64,000 bases of DNA from assembly GCA_030141605.1 (NCBI GenBank), contig JAQGDQ010000158.1, positions 124,001 to 188,000 of the forward strand, read 5' to 3'. The position numbers and the translations under genes were made by a program. Source of the DNA: Tubiluchus corallicola (Eukaryota; Animalia; Priapulida). Below are positions 1-15,625 of the stretch, piece after piece (positions within the stretch are counted from its first letter, which is position 1; the number at the start of each line of letters is the position of its first letter). The notes under the pieces are model-generated. The model was not told the origin of the DNA. It searched no databases and worked only from the letters and a program-made list of their open reading frames with translations.

Positions 1-859
1 ATTTCCACAATAAAGGAAAACTGTCAATAATCACTGTATTTTTATTAGATTAATATATCAACTAGAAAGCCCGTTTCTCTGCTCATTTTTGAAATGTAAC
101 TTTAAATGAAACAAGTAAAAACAGTAAAGAAATGCAGTTTGAGCAGAGCTGCTACAATGTGTATTGGCAATTGTGAACAGAGGTGTGAGAAATTCATGAT
201 GCAACATGCATTGCGATAGCACTAATTCTGTCGTACTCCCTTTCCAACAATAGCTTTTGTTATACAGCTTCGCACAATGCAAACAGTAACCGAGGAGTCG
301 GGAACCAAAAACCAACTAATTATCCTCTTAGATAAAATATCAAAAAACAGCAATGTCCTACTAAAATTTAGATGTAAATACAGGCTCTGCAAAGAAACAA
401 AACAACAATTGAGGCAGTATAGTAGGTAACACAGTTCACAGCCCAATGACAAATGCCCTTCTACAAATATAACAAGGTCACTGCCTCTTACACACACTAG
501 ACTCATCAATATTATACCTTACTGCTAAATATTTTTCTGTTTAAACTATTGTTTTCTCCTTAAAAACTGTTTCACCTGTGTACTGAAAGGCATCACAGCT
601 TTACTCCATTAGACTTGTACAAACCCAATCTTTTCTATTATTTTTTTAAGTAGTTTTGTCATTATTAGGTTAAGTAGGTTTTCATGACAGGAAGTTTGTA
701 GCATGCTCTCTGTGTGTTGTGCAATGTGTTACTGTATAATATTACCAAACCTGCTGAATTAGTAAATATTATGGTATTCTGCAAACACGTTTTCACATTA
801 TGCCGCATAATATAGCTAACAATTAAGAATGTTCTTAATTCTTCTGAAATTAAACTTAC

Positions 860-3800
860 ATTTTTGGCGATTTTCTCAATTCCACAAGTAGGACAGCAGA
901 TTTGAGCAGAATCAGTTTCTTTTGCATCAGAGGGAGTGTGTGAAACAGAAATAACAGCAGCTGGAAGTGTTCCACATTGACATCTGGAAAACAAAGATGG
1001 ACGTTACATGCAATCAACGGTATAAATGTAAAACTAATTAGAATAGAATTCAAAAATATGTTTGAAAGATGCAGCAAGAAAACTAAAACGAATAATGCTA
1101 CAAGTGTGAAAATGATAATCAACACTTAGCGCTGTATTTCAGACAGTAATTAATTATTAAATGTTCTTTAAAATTCTTGAAGTATTGAAGATGGTGTCTT
1201 AATTTTAGAATGCCCATTTGCCACATAAAAATACCTTCCATATTTTCCAGCATAACATTATCTGCATTCTCTACTCCATTCTTCAGCGCCTCCAAAAATC
1301 TCTCCCAAATGTTGATGATTGCAGCTTCGCTCTCGCTGTTTAATCGATCTCTCTCCCGCTGTTGCCACAGCACCAGAACCTGAGCCAATAAGCTCAAAGT
1401 GCGGGGGTAAATTTGCAACGGCCAGTCAGCTTTGGACATTAAGCTTACTCCAAGTTGAGTTAAAAGCACATCCTTGCAATAAAATATAGGCGATGAAACA
1501 TCCAAGGAGTAGAGACAGTACAAGCCCCAGATACATAACGAATAATTATAAACAACAAACCATACTGCAGTCCATAAAGTGGGACTCAAACTGCATTTCA
1601 TGACTTGACACAAGTACAAGCATAAGAACCAGTATATCTCAACTGCATTCCTTGAATAACTTTGTAAAACTTGTAACTATTAAAAGAATTACACAGGTTT
1701 TATACTGACTCAAGTGTTACTATTTAAGCTTTACTGAAATCATTTGTAGCTGTTTTATAATCCTACATTTTAATGAAATTCTACAAATACAAAAGTGACA
1801 AAAACTGCTAATTAAAAAAAGAAAAACAATTACTGATATTGAACATTAAATTATTATGAGTGCATGAAACCTCTGTTAATTTTATGTATTCCGGTAATTT
1901 TTTACGCTTTCTCCATAAATCAAGTTATCATCACCAGGTCTGGCAAAACTGCAGAAAACACGACGTACCTGATGAGCCTCAGTCAGGATGTTAGTAGCAA
2001 TGAGGTTATGATTAAACCTGGCTACAGCACAACTGAAGTCTTCATAAACACCGGCTGTAAAAAATGTTGGAATGATTGTTTTTTAAATAAATGAAGCTTT
2101 AAAAAGATTGTTTTTTTGTAATTTTTGTCAAAACCTTCTTCGATATGAAGTAACATTTCTTTAAAGTACGACTCCATGATCATGTGCTTCTACTGTACAG
2201 GTAGTGGTCGACTTACAACCACAATAAGTTCTGGCGGATTGACCATAAGATGAATTGGACGGCGCCTATGATAAATTTATCAAAACAGATAGAGATTTAA
2301 AGTTAATTCGTTTGAAAAAATAGAAGGAAATATGAGTCATAGTTGATTTTATATAATTAATAATTAAGTTGAGGTCGGATCGTAACGTCCAACAGTCGTA
2401 AATTACATAGGTCATAAGTCGATAACTACCTCTATACTTCAAAATATTTGCAGCATTAGTTAGGAAGTACCCAAATATAACTAGAACAAACAGTCTGTAA
2501 TCATCCAAACAAAAAATTTCTTTCACATTTTCTTTTTGAAAATTATAAAATGTCTTCCAATCTTCGTGAGTTTCAGATTTACTTACTGCATGTTTCTCTG
2601 TCTAAATCACGAACAACACTGGCTAAACTAGCCATGTGAGGCTCCCCAAATGATGATCTGAAAAAAACATGCCATAAAAGGTAGGACTAGGATGTGTGTT
2701 CAATGCCACCCATAGCTAACTGTTTAGGAAAATTTGATATTATTAAGATAACTAATAAGTCATGATAGAATAAGTTAGTCCAATAATGAAAAGCTTATGC
2801 AAAAGTTAAACGAAACTGTAGAATAACTCAAGCATAAATAATATACGTCCATCCAACCCACTATTCCTAAACAGTCTAGTCACTATTTAAGCAACTTAAG
2901 CTAACTTAACAGATAAACAAATAAAATAAATAGATAAACAAATAATTAAATAAATAAACAAATAAATAAATGATAAGAATAAATAATAAAAATACAAGTT
3001 ATCACAAATCCGAAGTTTTTGTTGATAATGACATACTAACAGGAAATGTACACCTTGGCAATGATCTTTTGAAGAATGTCAAAATACTGACATTAAAGCT
3101 TACTTGTCGTTCGTAACATGTTCTTTCCTTATTATTTCTTTTACTATATATATATATATATATATAGTATATATATCTCAATTTCAAAATTGCTAATAAA
3201 AACTACACGTTAATGAAATGAAACTTGGTTTTCTTACTCCTACTATTCTAACTTTCCATTGCATTTTTTTATGTCCATGAAACATGTGACTTGTAGTGAG
3301 ATGAATAATGACAAAATCAAAACAGAAGTATAACTCTAATAACTACAATACAATTTTGTAGTATCAGCATAATTGTATCTTACAGAGAAACAATATCTAA
3401 CACAGAGAGCTGAACAAGAATGCTATAAACTTACCTGACATATTCTTTAATTGCGCTGTGGTTTGTATTCAGAAAATGGTGATGCATAAACTGCATGATA
3501 TCCGTTGCTAATGTTATATACTGAAATAAACACAATTAGCGTAAAACGAGTTTCAATTACATTAAAGATATCTAGTAAGTCATAGTAAAGATGTAATTAT
3601 TGAGTAATTATGTACGTCAACTACATTAATGTAACTTAGCAAACGTTTTAATATTTGTCACCTTCAAAACCCTTAAGGTCAACATTATTACAAAATGCTA
3701 ATTTGTTTTTATTTCTTAACAGTATTTGATTATGTTTCAGGAATATCACAAACTCATTGATTAAGTGCCTGTTTGTTTAAAAGCTACTGTAATTCTTGTA

Positions 3801-6800
3801 TCATGTAAGGCTCCTGCATTATTTGAGCGTAACATTTATAATAACTCTTGTATCACGTTAAATATTCTGTTCTTCCGGTGGCTGCCATGTCTGAGGTCTT
3901 ACAGGTTTTTGTGGCAGGCTCCTTCACACATTGTCACGTTGTATGTGTAATACGTTACGTCGAATATTGTCAAAATAAATTGTCTACTACTACTACTAAT
4001 TCGAAAGTAACAGAATGTACCAAATACAGACTCAACAAAAGCCTGACAGCCATAATAATTATCTTAAAATTTCTTACCCCCTCGGGTTCCTGCTTGTCGG
4101 GTAATATTATAGGCGAGTCCCCATGTTGAGTTTTAGTGGATTTACTTTCTGTGCTTGGAGGAGCAACTGTTGAGATGGTCTTCTCTGGTTCGTGAGGAGA
4201 CACAGTTGATTCAAACCACTGCCCAAATATTGGTTCATTATCTTCATCTAAAAATGTTCAACGTACATTGTGTAAACAAAAGCAAAATTCTGTCAACTAT
4301 AAACTGCTGGGAACCATACATTTCAATGTGAGTTAAATGAAATACAAGCTATATGACTATGTCTATACATAACGAAAATCTGCACAAACCATCATCGGCA
4401 CTACTATCGCCATCTGTGCTGCTGAAATCATCTTCATAGTAAGTATTTGAATCAGTTGAACTAGCCGTATCACCATCATCCATGCACTTGTGTTGTTTCT
4501 TCAGCATATACGCCTGTAAGTACACGGTATGTCAATGATTAACCTAGAACTATTTCGTTTGCTATCCAAGTTTGCAAGATTTTTAGAAAATGTTTGGAAT
4601 CACACAATAACTGCATTTATTAAGCATAGCACAAAAAACACTATAACTATACACAGAAACAACAACGATACATGCACAGTGTAATTAACACATTGGGTAA
4701 TTCTCCAAGCTGTCAGTGAGAATTCACAAATATTACAATGTGACACACAGATGTTTTAATAATTAAAATATTTATGTATACAAATGCAGTTACATTAGTC
4801 AAATCACTACTGTAGTTTAAAGTCCATGTATCACCTATACAGATCCTGTAAACGTTTTATACAAGAAATATGTAAAAGATTTGATACATGTAAACAATAT
4901 AGAACAAAAAATTATATGAAAAATAAAAATGCTTATATTACAGATGGAAAATACAATGTTCCAAGCAATTCTGACCAAATTTTCAATAAGTTTTTTCAAA
5001 ATGCAAAGCTAATCGCTTCAAAAATAGTTTAATAAATGATTATATTTGCAATCACCTTTTTGTAACTTGTCGTGAACAAGTTGAAGAGAAAATTCGTCAT
5101 ATTGAAGCCCGACATTAAAAGTTTGATTCTTTGCCAAGCGGTGAAGTTTCCATCAATTGACGATGCATTCGCTGGTGGAAGATCAAGTTCAGCCTGGAGA
5201 TAAAAAAGTTAACAATTTTTATACGCACGTATCCATTAATCTTTTGCTGTTTTGTACTAATATATAAAATGAAAATAAAGAAGACAAAATATAATAATGA
5301 TATTTTAACTTTCAAATGCATTTGAGCCAGATTACTAGTTGCTATTAGGACTAGGGAAGTCCTAAGCAGACAAACTTGTACGGTAAATCAGTATTCCTGT
5401 CGGAACATTTACTGACTGTTGAATACACAGTCAAAAAACTAATTACCCTTCTTCTCTGGACTCATATGAACAGTGAAAAAACTAAACTTCTGTGGACCCA
5501 TATGAACCCTCATATATGTTCCCTTGGCTTAAAGAGGCACAAGTCAACATTTTGCTTAGAATAAATCATAAAATACGAGCAGATAAATTTTCTTCACCCC
5601 ACCCTAAAAGGGACAGATAGAATTCAATGAGGAAAAGGGATTGTTAATGTCCACATTGGAACGAGTCACTAGGAAAACAACTTGCTAAAACTAACTAGGT
5701 GTGCAAAAGTTAAACGCCAAGCTACAGTGTGTTCAATCAGACACAGAAAAACCCAAATGAAAGGTAACTGAATAGAGGAGACGTTTTTTTCTCATCTGCG
5801 AACCTTAGAAGAAAAACATTCTGCATTAAGATCCTCCATCAAGTAACCCAGGAGAGTTATAGCTTTCGATGCCAGTGCCAATGAGAGAACACCCAAAGTC
5901 TGATGTCTGAAAGAAAGAATTATAGTTTCTTCAAAAGTCTCAAAAACTTGCGTGATGTCTTGTTGAACGTAAAAGCAAAATTACACGAGTAGAAAAATTG
6001 TAAGAAACAGATATGTTCAAATATAACATCTAAGTTCATTTTTACCTCATAGACTGAACATGCAGATCTGACAAACTGCCCTTAACAAACGATTGTTTTA
6101 TTAATTAAAATTATTTGTTTAATATTCAAATATTCCTAACACTATTCCTGACCTAAATATTCAAACATTCAGTCTGTTGAAAAAATAAAAGTCAAGGCAG
6201 GTGATTTAATGAGTGATATGTAAAAAGGTGTCCTAATTATTTTTGTTTAAAAAAGTACAACACTATGTAACGAGAACAAATTGCGCAAATGAAAAATTAG
6301 CGAGAAAATAAATGAATGAAAAACAATAAAAGTACATAAAAATTATCAATGTAAAAACTCTCTTTAGTCTTTTGCTACATTTGAATGAGCAACATTTGAA
6401 GACATGATGTAGCGAGCAGGAAGACAACTTTTTTGTAAATTCCACAAATAAGTACTAAAGAAAAAAAACTCTTGAGAATTATTGAACAATGTATAGTTTG
6501 TTGATAAACTTTCCAGCTGTTTCTAGTACAAGATGCACAAAAAATAATGAAACAAAATCACATACATCTTTCCAGCCTTGTTGCTACCAGCAACATCTTT
6601 CTTCATGGGTGAGCCAGGCTTCATCTCATCCTTTCCTTTGGCTCTCTCTACTATGGATGATGGGCAGACAGACAGACTAGCATGCAAACCACGAAGCAAT
6701 CTCCAAGCACCAAGCATGTAGAAATTCTGAAGATTCTGAAAACCAGCATTAACATTTAAATAAAAACAAAAACATTTGGGAATCATAATACAAAACAGAA

Positions 6801-9800
6801 ATAAGCATGAAAATACAGTAACATGGATAATGATAAAAGAAATAATGTTTCATATTGTCAACATCTACAACGTGACTTGTTGGCTAAAGTATTATAACAT
6901 GACGCCAGCTTTACTTACATGTCCACCAGCCCTTGTTGAGTTTTTGATTGAAGCAGCCAAAGTATTATAATTGTCAAGCTAAAAGATGTAAAAGGACAAT
7001 TAACAGCAATCACATTCATGTAACAGTCAATACACAATGTTGTACAATGGTAAGAATCTATCACCAAGAAGTGCTCATGTTCTCATAAATGAAAATGGAC
7101 AATACATAGTCCCAAATGGACTAAGACAATGTAATACAATTAGCACCTTTTGTGGAAATCATAACATGTTATGAAAATTTTAGACGTGGTCACAAAAATG
7201 GAGAACAAGAAAATCACTTAGTAACGCCTAAGGTTATTACGACCGATTCTGCAATACTTTCAACAAGTTACCAAAAAATCAATGTATGCACAGCAAAGAA
7301 AACTTAAACTCCTCATAACGAAACACAATTACTATATGTAACTATATCGATGATCCATACTAACACTTTTCTGGACAATGGTCAGTGCATGTTGGTCACT
7401 CTCCGCATCATCCTTCACAGCACCACTGACTCCTTTAATCTGCGCTGAGGCAGCTACAGTCAGGATGTTGTTGCTAGCGGCAACAGCAAGTGATGCATTT
7501 AGGCCAGCCGTAACCACGGAAACAATTTTATCCAAGCGTTTGGTTGTGAGTGGTTCTAAGACGGGAAGGCTGAGAACTCTCCATACAACATGTATGTCAC
7601 TTACTATATGCTGTAGGCTGAAATGAATTTAATAATTTAAGCACGATGCCTCAAAATGCTAGAGAGCTGAGAATTTTTTCTCTACTTTGTATATAAATTT
7701 ACTAAAGATAAACCAAAAACAATTGACACTTACAAACTAATTTTTGCTAAGAACATCTTTCAGAGAAATTCATATTCTCATCGCATCCATAGAAATGAAG
7801 CAACTAGATATTGGTACTGACTGTATATAATTTATGTATGCATTAATTTTATTTTATTCACTTTACTCATTTATTTTGTTTTACATTTACAAGTTCTAAA
7901 TTTTAAAAATCTGTGCCGTTTACAGAAAAAGATTAAATAACCATTAAACATTTCAGGATGGATAAAAGATGTAATGCAATAAGACTGAAGGAGGAAATTT
8001 TTTAATAAGAAATAGTCAAGATCTATAGCATTGATAAATTGCTAAAGAAAATTGCAGTAATTGGCCTAGGTTTACAATTTAAAATACAGAGATCTGAAAT
8101 GAATAAAATTTATAAAATAAAATTAACATCCCCATAAACACACTAGAATCATACTAATGCATAGTTTTTCTTTTCAATTTTATGAACTTGGTGACAATAT
8201 CAAGCACAAAAACATCTATTTTTGAACTTTCTTAGCAAAAAATTTGTGGATAAGCTAATTTGTTTGTAGTTTAACTTGTTAAATTTATACACAAATTGGG
8301 CAAAAATTCTCCTATCTCTATAGCACAAAGGGCTTACTTTTTCGTGTCTACCCTGTATTTATATACACACAGTGTAATATTCAGATTTCTTACAATGACA
8401 CAACAGACATTTGGCAAACATGTTAAATATGATAGCTAGCAAAGCATGAACCAAACAACTGAGAAACAACATAACATAATGTGCCACTTTTCAAAGTCAA
8501 GACATTTCAAATTTAGTAAAGCTTCTGTGAGATTTTCTAATTTGATACCTGTTTCTAACATTCATAGCATCACTGAGAGTAGCAGGTAACACCGGTTCCA
8601 ATTTCATGTATTTTGTTAAATAAGTCAAGTTAGTGCACGTGTCCAGCAAAACATTGCTAGCATCAAGCTGTTGCAACACAACACCTATGCTGTCAACAAA
8701 CTGACTCTGTAAAACAAATGAAATAGAAAGTATTGAAAAAAATAAATAAATCTAGTAAATGGCAAATAATCTTTATTGTCATTCAGCAACCCTCAAATGA
8801 ATAACAAATAATGTTGAGTCACTGTTGTACATTTTAGTAATCCATGCCTAGGTCTCTGTATGTCAATAACTAACTTATAGCAAACCTAATATACACAGTT
8901 TAGGAATAAGATGGTCAATCACAGAAACATAGCCTCAAGAAATAGTCACTAACTTGTAACTGTATTGTTAAGCTGCAACATGTTCAAAATCAAGCCATAA
9001 AAGTTGCTATCAAAATGGGAGATTCTAGGTTTTGAATCCCTGAAAATTCTGTTCTACTAACATCCAATTCAACATAGAATTAAATTTAAACAGGTAGTTA
9101 TACTGTAATGTCTTCATGACGTAGCTGCTCAATACCTATATGTAATTGTACGTTAAACAAGCATTCGTATAGAAGATCGGCTTCTTGTTCTGAAAATCGT
9201 GTTTTTCTGAATGAGTCATTTTATAGATGTAAAACTTTTGCAGATCAATCATTTTTCATTGCAAGCCCAAAAGAATGAAACCTCCTTCCAGATGCTACTT
9301 GTAGCTAAGACCCTTAATCAAGTTTTAGGAAAAAAATGAATTCATCTGTATTTACCTTTTAATTAAAAATTCATTGTCATTTTACTAGTGTGGTCAATTT
9401 GCATTTAATGTATGTACTATATAGAATCACATTTGTTTTTATTTTGTGCAGCCACCTGTGTTTAATGTACCACTGAGTATGTAACCTAGGAATGGCCGTG
9501 TTAAGTGTACTAATAATAATAATTTACTACTTAAGTACTTAAATTACAGCCATACTAACAAAGTCACATACTCCTTCTAAATAACAAACAAAATATGCTG
9601 ATAACAAAACCTGTACTCTTTCTGGCACACCACTAAAGAGACATTACAAAATAATTAATGTGATAAGAAATGTGCTCTTAAGAAAATGTAATTTTCCTAT
9701 TCATTTCTTATCAATGTCAGGTATTAACATTAAGAAACAAAACCGCTAAAGATATTTAAAACTGACTTATTGCAATGAACAAAAAATTACTGCTCATTAG

Positions 9801-12800
9801 ACCTAGATTTCCTGGTTGCACTAATATTCCATCAAAAAGCACTAGGCATGTCTCTTCAGTCTGCATACAAGTAGACTTGCCTGAAATTTGACATGTCTCT
9901 AAGGCGCAACTTTTACTGTTACACAATAATTCAATGCTAAGGTACAATAAATATACGGTAATAGCAAACAGGGCATACATTTTTCAGTTACGTACAGTAA
10001 GTCTATGCTTAACGACACCCCACTTGGTGGCATTGTGTTCTAACGGCGATTTTAGCCTTGTTTTAAGCACTACATCTTGTTTACTGCGCTTGCACTCCAT
10101 AAATGAAGCCCACTGCTTAAGCCATATCACTGTATGGTTATTATGCTGGTAATAATTTGCCCAACTTAACTGATACCAAGTAGTCATACCGTGATGATTC
10201 ATTGTTTTCAAAAATTTAGACAAAATTCTCTAGTTGACAAAATGTTCTCAAATTGCACAGTTAATTTTTGCTACATTTACCACATTTAGCATATTAGCTA
10301 TAAAAATGTGTAAACGACCTACACAGTGAACGCAGCTCAAATGTAAGAGGAGATGTAGCAAACGCAAAGCAGTGTGATAAAGAAATGCTAGCTAAAAAAA
10401 ATCTAAGCAATCAACCCGAGATTTTTATAAAAAAAACAAAAATGGGCAAAGAAAGGGAGGAAAAATAGCTGAAGGAAAGCAACCTAAAGAGAAAGGGCCT
10501 ATGTTTCAAAATTAGATTTTAGTTTTCACACTTCAGTGACTCATCAGCTTTTTAATTAAACAAACAGGTAATGTATAACTGCAAGCAATAAACCCTATAA
10601 AGTGTTTAATTTATGAACCAAGTGTTATTGATTTTTCTCCTGCAACATAATTGAAGACGTACATAGCCGAGCACTATTGATTTTTGCTCCTGGAACACAA
10701 ATGAGGGCTTTCAGATTATATCTTATGGAAAACATTGTTTTGTTTAGCAACGTTTCACTTAACGACACGTTTTGCTGGAACGTATTGAACATCGACAGAT
10801 GTAGATATTTATTTATTTATCTCCTCATTAACACCGGAAAACAAATAGACCATAGCCGCTAGAATTATTAATTAATCATGTATAAAGGAAATTGCTAGGG
10901 GATGCAAGAGAAAGGGTAGTGAAAGAACAATTGGACATCAAGTCAGCTATACTTTACACTAGCGTTGTTAAGAGAGGACTTATAGTAAAACATTGTTCAA
11001 GGCACAACTTTTTTGTCACACACTTCAGGAAAAATAACATGTCATAAATGTTTGCTAATCCAAACATTAAATCGTACACCAATACAAAAAGCAATGTTTG
11101 ATTCAACAAAAGAGCAGTCAAGAAATGTAAGCTGTTGAGAAAAGATGTGATTACATACAGTGGCAAAAGAATACCAGGAAATCCAGATTTTGTTGAAACA
11201 TCTACGGAAGCTCGTGAACTTACATGGACTTCTCTGCTAGGGTCAGCGATGTGAACGATCGTTGTGTCTCCATCGCTGTTCACACTTTTAAATGGTTCTT
11301 CTTCTTTATAACGAACTTTCCGCTGACTATATATAGGCGTGGTTAGCTGATCAGTCAAACAACTGACCATGTCCAGACGTGAAACACGCTTCGTACTTTC
11401 CTTTCTTTGACCTGAAGGTTCATTTTTCTCAATCTTTTCTGCAATGAAATTTAGTACACAGAAATTTGAGATTTCTGTAATAAAATATGCTCAAACATAT
11501 TTAAACCTATTTTGAAACACAACTGCAATTTTTTTTATTTTTACTGTCAATCAAACACAACTTATCAAAAAAGCCAAACATTTTATTATATGCACATTGC
11601 AAACACACAATTTATTTACAATACCAATATAGAACTAATGACACAGACAACAAAATGTACATGATGTTTTTTCAACTCCAGTAATCAGATGAATTTTCTG
11701 GCAATTGAAGAATTGTATATGCCCATTTTGAGGCTCAAATAACAATTAAGACAATGCAAAGACGACTGCAATAAAAATAATCATGTACATAAAGACATAA
11801 ATAACAATAAAGTGAAACGAATTACCCTCGCCTCGTGTTTTGACATGTTTTGGTAGCTTTGCTGTTTTTACTACTTGGGTTAGAAGCTGTATGTCTTGTT
11901 TTTGCAGCAATCCTATTCCTTTATACAGTGCTTTTATGAGTATAACCAGCTGCTTCTATGGTAAAAACAAAAACAATACAGGAAAATAGCATAACTTTTG
12001 AAAAATTTTGCAGAAACTAAAAGATGGGAGTAGCTAGTCATACACTATATTAATCAAGATAAGATGAAGTAGCAGCTAACATATCATACTGTAGCTAAAG
12101 TAACGTTTCATGAGTTTCACAAAAATGGCAAATAACACATACCTTGCTGAGGGCACAGAGAGCTACCGGATGCTGTAAACGAAGCAAGAAATACTGAATC
12201 AAGATCTTGCATGCTGCAATAACATCCACCATAGAACCTTTTGTAACTGTAAGCATAATATTTACAATTACCAATAAATTTCCCGTGCAATAGGCCTGTT
12301 GTGGTAATCAAGGATTTCACTACAACCCTACTTTTCTCTAGAAAATATGCATGCTAAGAACAGTTGTATGACCGACTGAGAATTAAATATTTGTCTTCGC
12401 AACCAGAAATCAAAAAACAAAGAATCTAATCACTATGGCACTTACCATTAGCAGCATTGGCACTGATGTAGTGTGCAGAAAGAGCAGCAAATGATGAATA
12501 GAATGGCTCCTCGTCATTTGCATGAGCCAACAATTCAGATTCACTAAAAAGCAGTCAATGTTGATTAGTCAATTTAAAATATCACTCAAATATATTTTAC
12601 TTTTAAAACTATTAAGGAAAGAAAAGTAAAACAATGACTGATGTGAAACACCTTCGTTGTCCTTTTGTGTTTAGAATTGGTGACAGTTTTGCTATCAAAC
12701 ATGTATAGCTTCATCCTGGACACCTGACGTGCCCAAGTGAGGGCGTGCAGGCCTGTATTTTTTCGTAAAAGGTGCCAGTACATGTGCGGTTACTAGGAAT

Positions 12801-13115
12801 GTGAGAGTGACATCAAATATTGTTGGAACACAATAACGCCGTTAAACGATGACATACTGTGACTACAGCCAGTAGTGCTGCGTAGATGCCGAGTCTGTTG
12901 GCTTCAGCACAGAATGACTTGACGTTTAGTGATTACTGATAGAACGATTAAAAAACCTCAGCGGTTTAGCTAGTATACCTTTTCAAAATGGAGTTCACCA
13001 GATCTGGTACGTCGTTTTTATTAAAACCATTGTATATGGCAGAGCTGAGCGGTTTAACACAATGAGCCCATTCAATCCCTACATTAACAGGCATATTATT
13101 TGACGCCGCCATCAT
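860..13115 (-). CDS. UBR4: E3 ubiquitin-protein ligase UBR4 (p600/pushover), N-terminal ~820 aa, 18 exons; gene continues beyond the left window edge
   Basis: Phase-consistent GT-AG exons: 13115-12979, 12543-12446, 12246-12143, 11955-11826, 11438-11224, 8706-8549, 7617-7365, 6978-6919, 6735-6566, 5906-5804, 5193-5056, 4513-4390, 4247-4078, 3520-3435, 2657-2587, 2054-1969, 1472-1235, 983-860. The peptides EPFYSSFAALSAHYI, LSLPVLEPL, TRAGGH/NLQNFYMLGAW, DSNTYYEDDFSST, EPIFGQWFE, WPLQIYPRTLSLL and DVNVEHFQLLLFLFH match the recalled vertebrate UBR4 N-terminus. Confidence 0.93.
2198..2432. mobile_element. Tc1/mariner (Tigger-like) MITE in a UBR4 intron
   Basis: Imperfect TIRs CAGGTAGTGGTCGACTTA ... 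TAAGTCGATAACTACCTC, flanked by TA on both sides. Confidence 0.6.
3145..3176. repeat. (TA)n microsatellite
   Basis: Direct reading of the sequence. Confidence 0.85.
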
Positions 13116-15625
13116 GAATTTCGGCTATCTCATAATCCTCAGCTTATCAACGACGAGCACTATCTTTTCTCCACGACTGATGCACCGTGAAATGTAAAGC
13201 TGTGCGTGTCAAGTAGCGAAATAAGGTCTATCAGTGCAAAAAGTGAGTCATAACACTAATAAATTGCACATAACTAAGATGTAACGAGCTGTTGAAATCA
13301 TTATTAAAAATGTAATCAAAGCCAAGTGAACCCATCGTACTGTGAATCTGAAGCATAACAGGAATATCTCTTACTTTTAGCATTAACTTTACTGTTCATG
13401 CTAGTAATTATTGTTATAAAAAATTATCTGCTTTTATTTTGTTTCTTGAAACAATAATTCAAACTTTTTCCTCAAAAGCAAAGAAGAATCAATGATATAG
13501 AAAAACCGCAGTTTTCATGAAAAAATGCACAAATACATAATAAACCCAAGAATGTGTTAACAAATGCAATTGAAAGTTTATGCCATTCAAATGCCTTTGA
13601 AAAAAATGTATGGAAGCTAAAATCGGTCTTGACAGCTGACATGTATAGTTATTAATAAGTTTAATGACAATGAAATGGATTACGAAAACAGCAAAACCAC
13701 ATTGGAATTCTACCTACTTATGCTCTTGCAGCAATGGAAATACCTATTGATGTAAAGGTAATAAGACGTGTGTTTTGTAAAGATTGAGGTAACATAGAAA
13801 ATAACTGCAAAAAATGCATAGACCATCTAAGGTAGACAGTTTTTGTATAATGCCTACAATGTAGAATAGTACTGATAAGCCATTGTTTTGCAAGTCAATA
13901 ACAAGTTCACAATCATCTTTATTTCATAGCCAATTTACTGAAAAACAATATTAATGATCAATATATAAAACGACTAACTTATTAGCACAAACTTAACCTT
14001 TACAGAAAATCAAGCAAAACAAGAAACAATTATATGAGCCTGACAGCGTTTATCAGTTTTTAAACAACACTAAAACTGAAATAAACTTTGAAATAATAAA
14101 TATTTTCTAATATCACTGACAATGTGAATGACCAACTAACCTACTGCACAATCATGTGAATATTCAGTCAGCCTACTGCTCAATCTGTAGCTCACCATAA
14201 CCAAGCAGGCTGTCTCTGACAGTCAATCACGGTAGCTTGTTTGCTGTCCTCTGTGCAAGCACTATCGACAAATTTTCATCAAGAAAATTCAGAATAATCT
14301 TATGACATTGTATACACATTACAGTCTGAGTAGTGACTTTTTGCATTACTGAGTCCATAAAAGTGTTACTTGCGAATAATACTTTCAGTTTAAATAATGT
14401 CACAGAATGAGGATATTTACCTTTTATAACGACTTATACAAACATTTTGTAAGCCAAAAATAGTCAACTACTGTAAGTGCCAAAAGATTATAGAGTGACT
14501 TCATCAACATTAAAGTTTATTCAAGGTGATTTTAAATAAGTATGTTCTGTACTATACACTTTTCAAATGATATACAGACTGTTCTTTGACAAGCTGGATA
14601 ACTAATGAAACTATTGCATAATAAATTGTTAGAGCCATTTGTCTTCAGGATATTCAGATTCGTGGTACAATTTACACTGAAAGTATTTCCTTACCTGAGT
14701 ATCATAAATCCGAAGTTCTAGTAGACAGCACAGCAAAAATAATATGATGGTAATAAAAAACATAAGTATTACTGCAGGCCTGCCTGGTGAGGTTACAACT
14801 GCAGTCAAGAAGTACACAGATTCATGTATGCAGAATTTGCAAAAGAACAGATTAGAAAGGGGTTTAACTGAGTCTCCGCAAAATGACATAATTAACTTAA
14901 CACAAAAGTTGAAGTCTTAAAAACAAAACACAAAATGAACTTTGAATCTGAAACCGAATATACAGATTATGAATCTCCAAGTCACAGTTTACTGTCTAAT
15001 GCCTAAATGTGGCACTGCTGCTGTTATATAAAGAACTACTGAAACGAAGAACCACATCAGAATTATAGCAAGATGCAATTTATTAACATGGTTCATAAAA
15101 ATCCAGCCTAGGAATGAAATGTTCAGCTGAGTTCAGTATTTAAACATATCCAACTAATAATTAGTAACTTTGCTGCTAGGAGGTCGTGACGACCTAAGTA
15201 CATGTCAAAATGGATTTATTTGTAGATGCATAAGGTGCAGTAGAACAAACAGTTCAAAAACTGAACTGTAACAATCCCTTTTAGAAATTTAGCACAAGAC
15301 TACCATTACACAGTGTCACAGATTATCATTTACAATTACAGTTGACAACTTTCACAACTCCATAAGCTGTGACTCGGGCAGAGAGAAAGAGCCGAGACTA
15401 AGAAACGGCCTTCGATTATTAGCACAGCATTCAATTTTGAACACAGTGGCTGTTACGAGAATTATGTAGCTAGAGTTTTGGAACAGTGAACAATACAAAA
15501 AACCAACAACTAAGCAGTCAATTAAATTTGGCAACTGAACTCCAGTTACGGTATCACAAACTGTGAAATCGTTAAGTACATGGAGCAGTACAATCATTAT
15601 TAAACATCTCTACACTATACCATTG

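Noticed and set aside
222-509. Possible next UBR4 exon (NFSRTLLFFD...)
   Set aside because: Only a vague resemblance to UBR4, and the best acceptor gives the wrong phase. The next exon probably lies outside the window.
11159-11223. Apparent phase conflict between UBR4 exons 5 and 6
   Set aside because: Resolved by the consensus donor CAT|GTAAGT (exon ends at 11224, phase 0). The longer ORF is read-through into the intron.
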